Below are positions 11,216-20,825 of a stretch of DNA of 54,097 nucleotides, one piece after another. The notes under the pieces are model-generated. The model made no database searches and was not told the DNA's origin. It saw only the letters and a program-made list of their open reading frames with translations. The position numbers and the translations under genes were made by a program. Each line of letters opens with the position of its first letter. Position 1 is the first letter of the stretch. This stretch comes from an uncultured Synergistales bacterium (GTDB lineage Bacteria > Synergistota > Synergistia > Synergistales > Aminobacteriaceae): positions 1 through 54,097 of the forward strand of contig CALCQG010000124.1 of NCBI GenBank assembly GCA_937897575.1, given 5' to 3'.

Positions 11216-12798
11216 GAGCGATCATCCTTTCCTGTTTCTCTCTTTCCACCGACCTTGCGGACACACGCGTCCTTCAGCCACCGCCACTCCGGAAAACGCA
11301 GCAGCGCCGTCGTCGCCGCATAGGCACAGGCCACAAACAGCAGTATGCCACCCGTCCAGAACACCCGCACGATCAAGGGCGCTTCGGGAGCGTAGGGCAG
11401 AAAAGTCTTCGCCGCAACGGTAAGCCCCGAAACCCCGAGGAGAGCGCTTCCCATCTTGCTCATCCAGGCCGGAGAGAACACTCCGAGCGTCGTGCCCAGG
11501 GACCGGGAAAGCAAATGTATGCCGTACAGTCCGGAGGCCGTGAAGGCCAACGACGTCCCGAGGGCGAGCCCTCCGTAGGAGAGGGGCTTCATGAGGAGAA
11601 AGGAGAAGAGGGCCGTCCCGATCACGCTCGAGAGGGTGACGTACAGGGCTGCCCTCGGCATGCTCCGTGCGTAGAGCCCCCGCATGACGACTGTGGAGCA
11701 GGCCATCCCGGGCAGCCCCAGGGAGTACATGGCGAGCGAGTATGCCGTCCCCTCCCAGGCCCAGCGGTTGAAGGCCCCCCTGAAGAAGAGAAGATGCACG
11801 ATCTCCGACGACAGGAGGACCATGACGGCGGTTACGGGAAGGACGACGAAGAGAGCGAATCGAAGGGCGTCGCGCATGAGGTCCCGAAACTCCTCCTTCA
11901 TGTCGAGGGGGCACCGGGCAAGTTGGGGCAAAACAGCCTGGGACACGGCGATGACAAAGAGCCCCAGGGGGAGCTGTATGACGCGATTGGCGTAGTTGAG
12001 CACCGATATGGCTCCCTCCTGGAGAAAGGACGCGAACATCCGGCTTATGACGGGGTTGACCTGGTTGAGGGAGAGCCCGGCGGCATACGGCAGAAAGAGC
12101 CTCAGCATGACCCGGAGATCGGGGTCTCCGCGGTCGGGTTGGTCCGGGACGAGGGGCACGCCGAGGTGGGCGCTCCACAGCCACTGGAGCAGAAACTGGG
12201 CCGCGCCGCCTGCCAGAACGGCGGCGACGAGGCCCCAGGCCCCGTATTTTGACGAGAAGAGGACGATGATGATAATGTAGACCACGTTACTGAGTGCCGG
12301 CGCCAGTGCAGGGATGAAAAAAGAGCCCATGCTGTTGAGGACACCCATGGCGAGCGCCGCGAGGGAGACGAAGAGGAGGAACGGGAACATGAAGCGGGTC
12401 ATCGCGACGGCAAGCCCCGCCTTCGCCATGTCGACCCCCGGCGCCATGATTGCGACAAGCCACGGCGAGAGGACCATGCCCGCCGCGACGACCGCCGACG
12501 TGGCGAGAAGCAGGACGAACAGGGTTTGTCGGGCCAACCGGGCGGCGGCCTCCTTCCCCTTGGCGGCGAGCACCCGTGAAAAGACGGGGACGAAGGAGGC
12601 GGACAGAGCCCCCTCGGCGAGGAGCTGTCGGGCAAGATTCGCCAGCGTGAACGCCACGTTGAAGGCGTCGAGCAGGCCGCTCGCCCCGAAGAGCGCCGCC
12701 GTGAAAATCTCCCTGGCGAGCCCGAGCACCCTGCTCGCCAGTGTTCCCACCATCATGGTGAGCGCGTGTCGGATCATGGTCGACGTTCTCTGCACCAC
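11212..12798 (-). CDS. murJ: Lipid II flippase MurJ
   Basis: SRVLGLARE, LLAEGALSASFVP, YANRVIQLP; GTG 12798 lies 8 nt from GGAGG. Confidence 0.93.
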   Translation of the reverse strand: MVQRTSTMIRHALTMMVGTLASRVLGLAREIFTAALFGASGLLDAFNVAFTLANLARQLLAEGALSASFVPVFSRVLAAKGKEAAARLARQTLFVLLLATSAVVAAGMVLSPWLVAIMAPGVDMAKAGLAVAMTRFMFPFLLFVSLAALAMGVLNSMGSFFIPALAPALSNVVYIIIIVLFSSKYGAWGLVAAVLAGGAAQFLLQWLWSAHLGVPLVPDQPDRGDPDLRVMLRLFLPYAAGLSLNQVNPVISRMFASFLQEGAISVLNYANRVIQLPLGLFVIAVSQAVLPQLARCPLDMKEEFRDLMRDALRFALFVVLPVTAVMVLLSSEIVHLLFFRGAFNRWAWEGTAYSLAMYSLGLPGMACSTVVMRGLYARSMPRAALYVTLSSVIGTALFSFLLMKPLSYGGLALGTSLAFTASGLYGIHLLSRSLGTTLGVFSPAWMSKMGSALLGVSGLTVAAKTFLPYAPEAPLIVRVFWTGGILLFVACAYAATTALLRFPEWRWLKDACVRKVGGKRETGKDDRS

Positions 12799-12854
12799 TT
12801 CGGGAGCCTCCTTGCCATGGGCACGCATCAGACGACGGAATCGAGGGTGATGAT

Positions 12855-13325
12855 ATGGAACGGGCGACTATCTGGTGTATCGGGAATCCTCTCATGAGCG
12901 ACGACGGCGCCGGCCCCGCCCTTTTCCGCCGCCTTGCCGGTTCGCTCCCCGCGGGGATCAAGGCGATCGACTGCGAGACGACGCCGGAGAACTGGCTCGC
13001 TCCTCTCAGGAAACACCCTCCCCGGACGCTCGTCGTCGTCGACGCCGCGGAGATGGGCACAGAGCCGGGCGCAATCCGGCGCATCCCCCTTGCCATGACG
13101 GAGGAGGTGCACTTCAGCGCCCACGGGCTTCCTCTGTCCCTGTTGCTTCATCCCTTCCAGGACACCGTCGAGATAGTCGTCCTCGGCATTCAGCCAAAAC
13201 GCCGGGGCCTCGGGACGGAGCTCTCCCCCGAGGTCCGAAGCGCCGTCGAGACTGTCGCCGACGCCATCACGGAATGCCTGTGGGAGAACTTCCTCCCCTA
13301 CCAGGAGAACTTCTCTCCAAGATAG
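12855..13325 (+). CDS. Hydrogenase maturation protease (HycI-like)
   Basis: CIGNPLMSDDGAG, ETTPEN, VVDAA, SAHGLPL and LGIQP motifs. Confidence 0.85.
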   Translation: MERATIWCIGNPLMSDDGAGPALFRRLAGSLPAGIKAIDCETTPENWLAPLRKHPPRTLVVVDAAEMGTEPGAIRRIPLAMTEEVHFSAHGLPLSLLLHPFQDTVEIVVLGIQPKRRGLGTELSPEVRSAVETVADAITECLWENFLPYQENFSPR

Positions 13326-14023
13326 AACTTTCGCGCGACCTCGCTCTCCGCAACCTCCTGAGGAGGCCCCTCGATCAGGATCTGCCCCTGATGGATCAGA
13401 TAGGTCCTGTCGGTGATGGCGAGCGTATCGCGGACGTTGTGGTCCGTCAGAAGAATGCCGTACCCCTTGGAGCGCAGCGTGAGGATGATCTGCTGGATAT
13501 CGTACACGGCGATGGGATCGATGCCGCTGAAGGGCTCGTCGAGAAGCAGAAAGTTAGGGAGGATCACCAGGCTCCTGGCGATCTCCACTCTTCTTCTCTC
13601 GCCGCCGCTCAGAGCATACCCCCGGACATCGGATATGGCTCGAAGGCCGAAGTCGTCCATCAGCCGGTCGATCAGAGCCTTCGACTCCTCGTTGGGCGAC
13701 GGGTTCTCCTGCAGGACGAGCTCGAGGTTCTCCCTGACCGTGAGATTCCGGAAGACCGAGGCCTCCTGGGGCAGATAGCCCACGCCCAATCGGGCGCGGC
13801 GAAAAACGGGCAATCCGGTCAGGTCCGTCTCGTCGATGGCGACGGAGCCGGAGTCAGGCCGTATGAGCCCGACGATCATGTAGAAAGTCGTGGTCTTTCC
13901 CGCCCCGTTCGGGCCGAGAAGTCCAACGATCTCGCCCGTCGATACGGTCAGGTCCACATGATCGACGACGGTCCTGCCCCTGTAGGATTTGCAGAGCGCC
14001 TTGGCGTGGATGGTCTTCTTCAT
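13298..14023 (-). CDS. lptB: LPS export ABC ATPase
   Basis: GPNGAGKTTTFYM, YLPQEAS, LSGGERRRVEIAR, DEPFSGIDP, TDHNVR. The real start is MKKTIHAK, with an ATGA overlap. Confidence 0.93.
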   Translation of the reverse strand: MKKTIHAKALCKSYRGRTVVDHVDLTVSTGEIVGLLGPNGAGKTTTFYMIVGLIRPDSGSVAIDETDLTGLPVFRRARLGVGYLPQEASVFRNLTVRENLELVLQENPSPNEESKALIDRLMDDFGLRAISDVRGYALSGGERRRVEIARSLVILPNFLLLDEPFSGIDPIAVYDIQQIILTLRSKGYGILLTDHNVRDTLAITDRTYLIHQGQILIEGPPQEVAESEVARKFYLGEKFSW

Positions 14024-14775
14024 TTCTTCTCTTGCTGTTTCTTTTCGTCCATGGTGAAGACGAGCTGCGGTTTTCCCGTCGCCTCCACCGTATTCTGCAC
14101 CGTGTGGTATATGAGGTTGTTCGCCTTGAGGGAGCGCCCTTTCTGCAGCGCCGTCACGTTGCCCGTGACGACGAGCTGCCCCTTGCTCCTGGAGTATACG
14201 GCCTTGTCTCCCTTCAGATCCGTCGGGTTCCCCCCATCCTTGGGGGTGAAGACCACATGCACGTTCCCCAGTGCCGTGAACGAAGCTATGGCACCATTTT
14301 CGATCATCCCGTCCAGGGTGTTGCACGAGAGCACGTACCCCTCGACCTTGTCGGCGTAGCGCCTGAGCGAACGGGCGGCGAATTTGTCGCCCGTCATCTC
14401 CATTCGGTCGGTGTCCACATCCCGCGCTCCCCAGCTCCCTTTGACCGCGCCCTCCATGAAGTACGCCCGGATGTCGCCGAACTGCCCCGACAGCACATTG
14501 CCCTTCATGTCGATGGGCTCGTTCATCCAGGTCCCGAAGACATGGACGGAGTCGAGCATGGTGAAGGTCTTGGAGTTCATGTTGCCCTCCGCCCGCTTGG
14601 AGGTGGCGCTGATCGTTCCCCGAGTCACCTTCACGTTCTCGTCGGCCCAGAAATTGCCGGTCTCTGAATCGTATCGCATTTTTTCGGAGGTGAGCCGGAG
14701 CTCCTCGGCCGTCAGAGGGACCGCCTGGGCAAAAAACAGACAGAGCGCGAGAACGAGTATGCTGAACCGCTTCAT
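14020..14775 (-). CDS. LptA/OstA-like periplasmic protein
   Basis: Signal peptide, beta-rich GNV repeats, directly upstream of lptB. Confidence 0.7.
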   Translation of the reverse strand: MKRFSILVLALCLFFAQAVPLTAEELRLTSEKMRYDSETGNFWADENVKVTRGTISATSKRAEGNMNSKTFTMLDSVHVFGTWMNEPIDMKGNVLSGQFGDIRAYFMEGAVKGSWGARDVDTDRMEMTGDKFAARSLRRYADKVEGYVLSCNTLDGMIENGAIASFTALGNVHVVFTPKDGGNPTDLKGDKAVYSRSKGQLVVTGNVTALQKGRSLKANNLIYHTVQNTVEATGKPQLVFTMDEKKQQEKK

Positions 14776-14797
14776 CGCAGGGCCCCCTTTGCGGATG

Positions 14798-16261
14798 TCA
14801 TCGAACGCACCCCAGAAAAACCTCGGAAAGGGCGCTGGCGGCCTTGTCCATGTCCCTCGAGGCGACGATGCAGGCCATCACCGTCGACGCGGCGGCGATC
14901 ATGTCGATGTTGATCTCCTTCGACGCCAGGACCGTGAACATCTGGGACGGGATCGACGGACACCCCGCAAGGTGCTCCCCCATCAGCCCCACCTTTGCCA
15001 CGTCCGTATCGAACGTCACCCCCTGGGACTGAACGACGGAGGAGAACTCCGTGCAGATCGAGATGGCCTCCTCCAGGCGGGATTTCTTTATGATGAAGGC
15101 GATGTCGTTGGTCTCGCCCCTCATGACGCTCTGCACGATCATCTCGGCTCCGACGTCCCTGGCCGCAAGGCTCGAGAAAAGACGGGCCGCTATCCCGGGA
15201 ACGTCGGGAACGCCGAGCACCGCTATTTTCGCCACATCAGGGTCGGAGATGACCCTCTCCACGACGCAGTGCCCCGAGGGGTCCTGTCCATAGCCCATAG
15301 GAATTCCACTCCCTTTCCCGAGAAGCAGGCTGTCGCGCCTGTCCTCGCCCAGTTTGACGATCTTGGCGCCTTCGGCGCTCTCGGACAGCACAAAGAAGCG
15401 CGACCGGACGTTATACCGGGAGAAAATAGAGCACATGAGCTCCGCCACCACGTGGGCATCGTGGGACGTGAAGGCGAGCATGCTCGGTCCCGATCCGCTG
15501 ATGGCCACGCCGGCGCACTGGGGAATTTTCCGGACCTCCTCGAGGATCGCCTCGCCACCGGGGAAGAGCCTCGCCCTGAAGGGCTGGTGCAGACGGTCGT
15601 CCATCGCCCAGGGGAGGTTGTCCCAGTTTCCCATCGCCCAGGACGCCGCCAGGAGGGCCGACCGGCTGAGGTTATAGACGGCGTCTTGCAGCGGAACCTG
15701 CTGCGGGAGCGCCCGTCTGGCCTCGGTGGTGCTCAGCTCGACGGCCGGGACGGCCACGACGGCCATCATGCCGGAGGGCAGCGGCGGCATCCGGACGAAG
15801 CGCAGCTCCTCGCCGTTCCAGCAGCTGACGACCATCCCGCCGAGACAGCAGGGGACCACGTTGTCGGGGTGCCCTTCCATGGACACGACGAGAGGAAGGA
15901 GCTCCTCCTTGGGGCGAGGGGTCCTGCGAAGCGCATTGGCGATGACGACGCCGCCCACGATTGCCGACGAGGAGCTGCCGAGCCCTCTCTTCAAGGGGAT
16001 GACGTTGAGCATTCGAAGGCGGAGGCCGGGAGCGGGCTCGCCCCAATGGCGAAAGGCGGCCTCGTAGCTTGTGACCACGCTGTTTGTTTCCGTCTCGAGC
16101 GCCTTGCCACCCTCTCCGTGGACTTCGAGTTCATACCTGCCCGACGGGAGGACGTCCAGCACATCGAAGAAGTTATACAGCGACAGCGACAGCCCTACGG
16201 TATCGAATCCGGACCCGAGATTTGCACTCGAGGCGGGAACCTGAACCCGAAAGGGGATCAC
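14798..16261 (-). CDS. thrB: Homoserine kinase fused to an aspartokinase-type ACT-ACT domain
   Basis: PASSANLGSGFD, PLKRGLGSSSS, EGHPDN, DRLHQPFR and SGSGP; the C-terminal ~165 aa contain VPDVPGIAARLF and INIDMI. Confidence 0.88.
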   Translation of the reverse strand: MIPFRVQVPASSANLGSGFDTVGLSLSLYNFFDVLDVLPSGRYELEVHGEGGKALETETNSVVTSYEAAFRHWGEPAPGLRLRMLNVIPLKRGLGSSSSAIVGGVVIANALRRTPRPKEELLPLVVSMEGHPDNVVPCCLGGMVVSCWNGEELRFVRMPPLPSGMMAVVAVPAVELSTTEARRALPQQVPLQDAVYNLSRSALLAASWAMGNWDNLPWAMDDRLHQPFRARLFPGGEAILEEVRKIPQCAGVAISGSGPSMLAFTSHDAHVVAELMCSIFSRYNVRSRFFVLSESAEGAKIVKLGEDRRDSLLLGKGSGIPMGYGQDPSGHCVVERVISDPDVAKIAVLGVPDVPGIAARLFSSLAARDVGAEMIVQSVMRGETNDIAFIIKKSRLEEAISICTEFSSVVQSQGVTFDTDVAKVGLMGEHLAGCPSIPSQMFTVLASKEINIDMIAAASTVMACIVASRDMDKAASALSEVFLGCVR

Positions 16262-17304
16262 AGAGGAAGCACCTCGGAGAGGGCGTCCCAGGAGCTGTCG
16301 ATCTCGATCGGCCGGGCGATCGTCTGCACTGCGGCGTCGGGGTCCTTCAGGCCGTTCCCGGTCAGGACGAGGACGACTCGAATCCCTTTGGGCAGCGTCC
16401 CCATCTCCTTGAGCCGGACGAGCCCTGCGAGGGGGGCACAGGATGCCGGCTCGGCGAAGAGCCCCTCCTGGGAGGCCAGCCTCTTCTGCGCCTGCAGAAT
16501 CTCGTCGTCCGACACGGCCAGAAATTCTCCCCCCGTCAGCTCGACGGCCCGTCTCGCCTTGTCGGCGCTCACGGGATGGCCTATGCGTATGGCCGTGGCG
16601 ACGGTCTCGGGCTCGTCGACGAAGACGCCCCGCACCATCGGAGCGGCACCCTCCGCCTGTACGCCGACAAGGCGAGGCAAGCGGCTGATGCGACTGAGTT
16701 CTTTATACTGCTCCAGCCCGGCGCAGTACGCGCTGATGTTGCCCGCGTTTCCGACGGGCAGAACGATCCAGTCCGGAGCAGCCCCGAGCTCGTCGCATAT
16801 CTCCCAGGACGCGCTCCTTTGGCCGTACAGGCGATAGGGGTTGACGGAGTTGACCATCGCCAGGCCGCGCTCTGCGGACGCCTGTCGCGCCATCTCCAGC
16901 GCGCTGTCGAAGTTCCCCCGCACGGCGATGACCTTCGCGCCGTAGATGAGTGCCTGAGCCAGCTTCCCCAGGGCGACCTTGCCCGCCGGAAGAAGGACAT
17001 AGCACGGGATGCCCGCCACGGCCCCGTACGCCGCCGCCGAGGCGGACGTATTGCCCGTCGAGGCGCAGATCAACGCCTTTGCGCCCTCTTCGACCGCCTT
17101 CGAGACGGCCAGCACCATCCCCCTGTCCTTGAAGGACCCCGTGGGGTTGAGCCCGTCGAATTTGCCATAGAGATCGACACCCAGCTCTCTGCCGAGACGT
17201 TTCAGAGAGACCAGCGGCGTGTTCCCCTCGCAGAGGGAAAGGCGCGGCGTGCGCTCCGTGAGAGGAAGGAGCGTTTCGTAGGTGGTCAGAATTCCTTTTC
17301 TCAT
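16258..17304 (-). CDS. thrC: Threonine synthase
   Basis: EGNTPL, NPTGSFKDRG, ASTGNTS, NSVNPYR, PVGNAGN, TGNGLKD; ATG 17304 with GGAGG. Confidence 0.95.
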   Translation of the reverse strand: MRKGILTTYETLLPLTERTPRLSLCEGNTPLVSLKRLGRELGVDLYGKFDGLNPTGSFKDRGMVLAVSKAVEEGAKALICASTGNTSASAAAYGAVAGIPCYVLLPAGKVALGKLAQALIYGAKVIAVRGNFDSALEMARQASAERGLAMVNSVNPYRLYGQRSASWEICDELGAAPDWIVLPVGNAGNISAYCAGLEQYKELSRISRLPRLVGVQAEGAAPMVRGVFVDEPETVATAIRIGHPVSADKARRAVELTGGEFLAVSDDEILQAQKRLASQEGLFAEPASCAPLAGLVRLKEMGTLPKGIRVVLVLTGNGLKDPDAAVQTIARPIEIDSSWDALSEVLPL

Positions 17305-17419
17305 TCTTGTCCTCCTGAAAAGACCTGCTTCACCCTGAAGAGCCGATGCAGGCAATGCAAACGACGACACAATAACAGTGCAGGATGAGCAGACAGTGCT
17401 CTCCTGCTTGATTCTCTCT

Positions 17420-17448
17420 TATATACCCGCCGACGGGAAAAGTGTCAA
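17420..17448 (-). promoter_or_regulatory. Putative thrC promoter
   Basis: TTGACA-17 nt-TATATA on the minus strand. Confidence 0.5.
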
Positions 17449-17702
17449 GTAAAGGAGTCCCGGGCGTCGGGGAACGGAGGTCGTATTCCGATCGGAGCGG
17501 GGGAAAGAGCGCGGGGCTCGTAAAAAGGAGCATTCCTGATCCGATGAAGAGGGCGGAGAGAATGAGTGGCGAGAACGTCCTGGAAAACCGACGGTCGCAG
17601 GACGAGGTCGTATCGGCATGAAACGCACCCCGGTTCGGACGCTTTGGCGAAGGGGTGCGTGGAGCGTCTGCGGGGCGCCGCCGGCGGCGCGTCTTTCAGC
17701 TG

Positions 17703-17732
17703 TTGACACCGGGCCGTCCTCCGTGCCATGAT
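17703..17732 (+). promoter_or_regulatory. Putative rlmN promoter
   Basis: TTGACA-18 nt-CATGAT with a TG extension. Confidence 0.45.
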
Positions 17733-17771
17733 AGACGGCGAACGGCAGAGAATGAGACCAGGAGGCGCTTT

Positions 17772-18833
17772 ATGACCGAACCCCTGAACGCCCTCGACCT
17801 CTCCTACGAGGAGTGGATCGACGTAAGCACCCGACGCTGGGACCTCCCGAGATACCGGGCGGACCAGATATGTCAGTGGATCTACCAGAAAAAGGTCTTC
17901 GATGTCCACGAGATGACGAATCTGTCCAAGGAGCTCCGCCAGAAGCTCCTTTATGATCTGTTGATCCTTCCGCCGGTGCTCGTGCGCGAGGAGACCTCCC
18001 GCGACGGCACGAAGAAATTCCTCTGGCAGCTTCAGGACGGGGAGCGCATCGAGACGGTCCTCCTCTCCCATGGGAGCCACGCCACGGCCTGCCTCTCGAG
18101 CCAGGTGGGCTGTCCCCTGAGCTGCTCTTTCTGCGCCACGGGCGCATCGGGCTTCGTGCGGAACCTCTCGGCCGGGGAGATCGTCGGACAGCTTCTCGCC
18201 ATGGAGCGCAGAATGGGCGCCAACATCGAGAATGTGGTCTACATGGGGATGGGCGAGCCCTTCCTCAACATCGACGCCCTCTTCAAATCCATCTTCATCC
18301 TGAACGCCCCGAAGATGCGAAACATGGGCGCCCGTCACATCACCGTCTCCACCTCGGGCGTCGTACCCGGCATCCTTGCCCTGGCCGACCTCTCCATCCC
18401 CGTGCGGCTCTCCGTGTCCCTCCACGCTCCGAACGAACGTCTCAGGACCAAACTGATGCCCGTGAACAGACAGTACTCCCTCAGTGCTCTCATGAAGGCC
18501 CTGAAAACCTATCAGGACAAGACCGGAGAGCGCATCACCCTGGAGTACATCATGATCCAGAAGGAGAACGACCACCCGGAGCTCGCCTACGAACTGGCGG
18601 CCCTCCTGTCCGGGCTTGGCGTCTACGTGAACCTCATCCCGTACAACCCTGTGGACGGACGGTACGAACGATCCGAACCCGAGCGGGTCCGGGCCTTTGC
18701 CGATGTCCTCACCCGACTCGGCATCGAGAACGAGATCCGTCGTGAAAAGGGAACGGACATCAACGCGGCCTGCGGCCAGCTTCGGTTGCGGACGGCGGAG
18801 CGGCAGGCCGGCACGGAACCCTCCGGGACGTAG
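17772..18833 (+). CDS. rlmN: 23S rRNA m2A2503 / tRNA methyltransferase (radical SAM)
   Basis: SSQVGCPLSCSFC, MGMGEP, SLHAP, INAACGQL; ATG 17772 follows AGGAGG. Confidence 0.95.
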   Translation: MTEPLNALDLSYEEWIDVSTRRWDLPRYRADQICQWIYQKKVFDVHEMTNLSKELRQKLLYDLLILPPVLVREETSRDGTKKFLWQLQDGERIETVLLSHGSHATACLSSQVGCPLSCSFCATGASGFVRNLSAGEIVGQLLAMERRMGANIENVVYMGMGEPFLNIDALFKSIFILNAPKMRNMGARHITVSTSGVVPGILALADLSIPVRLSVSLHAPNERLRTKLMPVNRQYSLSALMKALKTYQDKTGERITLEYIMIQKENDHPELAYELAALLSGLGVYVNLIPYNPVDGRYERSEPERVRAFADVLTRLGIENEIRREKGTDINAACGQLRLRTAERQAGTEPSGT

Positions 18834-18850
18834 CGCGGCATTGCAGAGCA

Positions 18851-18887
18851 AAGGGGGGATGGGGCCCGCCGGCGTCCATCCCCCCTT
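18851..18887. terminator. Hairpin between convergent rlmN and panF
   Basis: GGGGGATGG...CCATCCCCC inverted repeat. Confidence 0.6.
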
Positions 18888-18924
18888 ATCGTGTGTTGTG
18901 TTCCCCGGCTGGTTTAGAGAAGAG

Positions 18925-20391
18925 CTAGGGCCTGAAGAAGAGGTCCACGATCTCCTCCTTGGGCTTGGGGGTGAGCAGGCTGACCACCACGAAGGCGATC
19001 AGGGAGAGAAGCAGCGTCGGCACGACGGCGTTGACCCTCGGGCCGAGGAGGGCGATCTTCCACTGGCTGATCGTCACGTAGGTCCCCACGCCGACGATCA
19101 TGGATGCCAGGGCCCCCGTTGCGTTGCCTCTTCTCCAGTACAGCCCGAGCACCGTCGGCCAGAGGAAGGCTGCCTCAAGGCCGCCGAAGGCGAAGAGGTT
19201 GATCCAGATAAGCAGGGGCGGCGGGTTCAGGGAGACCATGAAGACGACGACCCCGAGCAGGGCTGTGAAGGCGATGCTCAGCTGCATGAGCCCCCTCTTT
19301 CCGGCGTCGGGGTTGATGTAGTTCAGGTAGAGGTCCTTGACGATCGCCGCCGACGCCAGGATGAGCTGCGAGTCGATGGTGGACATGATGGACGCCACGG
19401 GACCGGCGATGAAGATCCCGGCGATCACGGGCGGCATGACCTGAAGCACCATGGTCGGGACCACCCTGTCCCCCACCTCCAGGCCTGGGATGATGGCCTG
19501 GCCTATGGCCCCGGTGAAGTGCATCACGAGAAGGATGAAGCCGAGGGAGACGGTGGAGTACACGATCCCCCGGTGCAGGGATTTGGAGTCCCTGTAGGCC
19601 ATGCACCGGACGGCCGACTGGGGCAGCCCGATGACGGCGAACCCCACGAGGACCCAGAAGGAGAGCAGGAAGGGCTTCGTGATGAAGCCGTCGGGGCCGA
19701 AGGGGGTGATGAGCCCGGGGTCCGTCTCCTTCAGCCTCATGATGATGCTCTCCATGCCGCCCCCCAAGTTCACGATGCCGAAAAGGGCGATGACCACCCC
19801 CACGAGCATGACCACGCCCTGAATGGCGTCCGTCAACGCCACGGCTCTGAACCCCCCGATAGTCGTATACGCCACGACGGTCACGGCGAAGATGGAAAGG
19901 CTCCAGCGGTAGGGAACGCCCATCAGAACTTCGAACAGCCTCGCTCCCCCTATGAACTGGGCGCTCATGGCGGCGCTGAAGAAGGCCAGGACACAGAGCG
20001 CGCCGAGGATGACCACGGTCTTGCTCTCGTATCGTCGTCTCAGGAAGTCGTTCAGCGTGACGGCGTTGATCCGGCGCCCCACGATGGCGAACTTCTTGCC
20101 CAGGACGCTCAGCGTGAGGACGGCCGTCGGAAGTTGAATCATGGCGAGGAACACCCATCCGAGCCCGTACCTGTAGGCCGCTCCCGGTCCTCCCACGTAG
20201 CTGCTCGCGCTTATGTAGGTCGCCACGAAGGTCATGGCCAGAACGAAACCGCCGAAGGATCTGCTGCCGATGAAGTACTCCTCCATGAAGGTTTTTTCGT
20301 CCTTCGGGGCGGTCCTGCTTGCGTAGAACCCTATACCGAACACGACGACCAGGTAGAACGCCACCGGAACAAGGATCGTCCAATCAGGCAC
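18925..20391 (-). CDS. panF: Sodium/pantothenate symporter (SSS family)
   Basis: EYFIGSRS, ATYISASSYVGGPGAAY, GGFRAVALTD, MSTIDSQL; preceded by a yhdT-like gene; GTG start at 20391. Confidence 0.88.
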   Translation of the reverse strand: MPDWTILVPVAFYLVVVFGIGFYASRTAPKDEKTFMEEYFIGSRSFGGFVLAMTFVATYISASSYVGGPGAAYRYGLGWVFLAMIQLPTAVLTLSVLGKKFAIVGRRINAVTLNDFLRRRYESKTVVILGALCVLAFFSAAMSAQFIGGARLFEVLMGVPYRWSLSIFAVTVVAYTTIGGFRAVALTDAIQGVVMLVGVVIALFGIVNLGGGMESIIMRLKETDPGLITPFGPDGFITKPFLLSFWVLVGFAVIGLPQSAVRCMAYRDSKSLHRGIVYSTVSLGFILLVMHFTGAIGQAIIPGLEVGDRVVPTMVLQVMPPVIAGIFIAGPVASIMSTIDSQLILASAAIVKDLYLNYINPDAGKRGLMQLSIAFTALLGVVVFMVSLNPPPLLIWINLFAFGGLEAAFLWPTVLGLYWRRGNATGALASMIVGVGTYVTISQWKIALLGPRVNAVVPTLLLSLIAFVVVSLLTPKPKEEIVDLFFRP

Positions 20392-20653
20392 GGGGGTCCA
20401 CCTCGCCCTCATCGTCCAGCGGGATGTCCGTGAAGAAGAACGACACGACGAACCATGTGACGGCGGAAAACAGGACAAATCCGGCCACGCAGCTCCAGAA
20501 GAACCAGGCAGGCAGACCGAAGACGTAGGTGTAATTCTCCGGGTCGCCGGACCCCAGCCCGTACCCGAAACCGTACCACCAGAGAAAATATCCGACAAAG
20601 AGCGCCACGCCAAAAAGCGCCTCGCGTCGTGCGCACGCAAATCTGTCCTTCAC
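20384..20653 (-). CDS. YhdT/DUF997 family small membrane protein
   Basis: ARREA...GLPAWFFWSC...FTDIPLDD; overlaps the panF start. Confidence 0.85.
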   Translation of the reverse strand: MKDRFACARREALFGVALFVGYFLWWYGFGYGLGSGDPENYTYVFGLPAWFFWSCVAGFVLFSAVTWFVVSFFFTDIPLDDEGEVDPRA

Positions 20654-20765
20654 GGCATAGCCCCCTTCCTGCCTCTGCGACCGTTCTTTTCCCGACTGAG
20701 AAAAGTATATCATCCGCAGAGAGGGGGACAACCCCGGCATCGAATCCCCGCGTCGACGCCCATGA

Positions 20766-20795
20766 AAAAGCGGAGGCCCGAATCCGGACCTCCGC
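20766..20795 (-). terminator. Terminator after fhs-folD-fchA
   Basis: The minus strand reads GCGGAGGTCCGGATTCGGGCCTCCGC-TTTT. Confidence 0.7.
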
Positions 20796-20825
20796 CCTCT
20801 GAAGACCATCGTCCGTTTCCTTCCG

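Noticed and set aside
17450..17700. GC-rich hairpins between thrC and rlmN (e.g. ACGCACCCC/GGGGTGCGT)
   Set aside because: They lie between the two divergent promoters, match no RNA family I recognise, and are expected by chance at this GC level.
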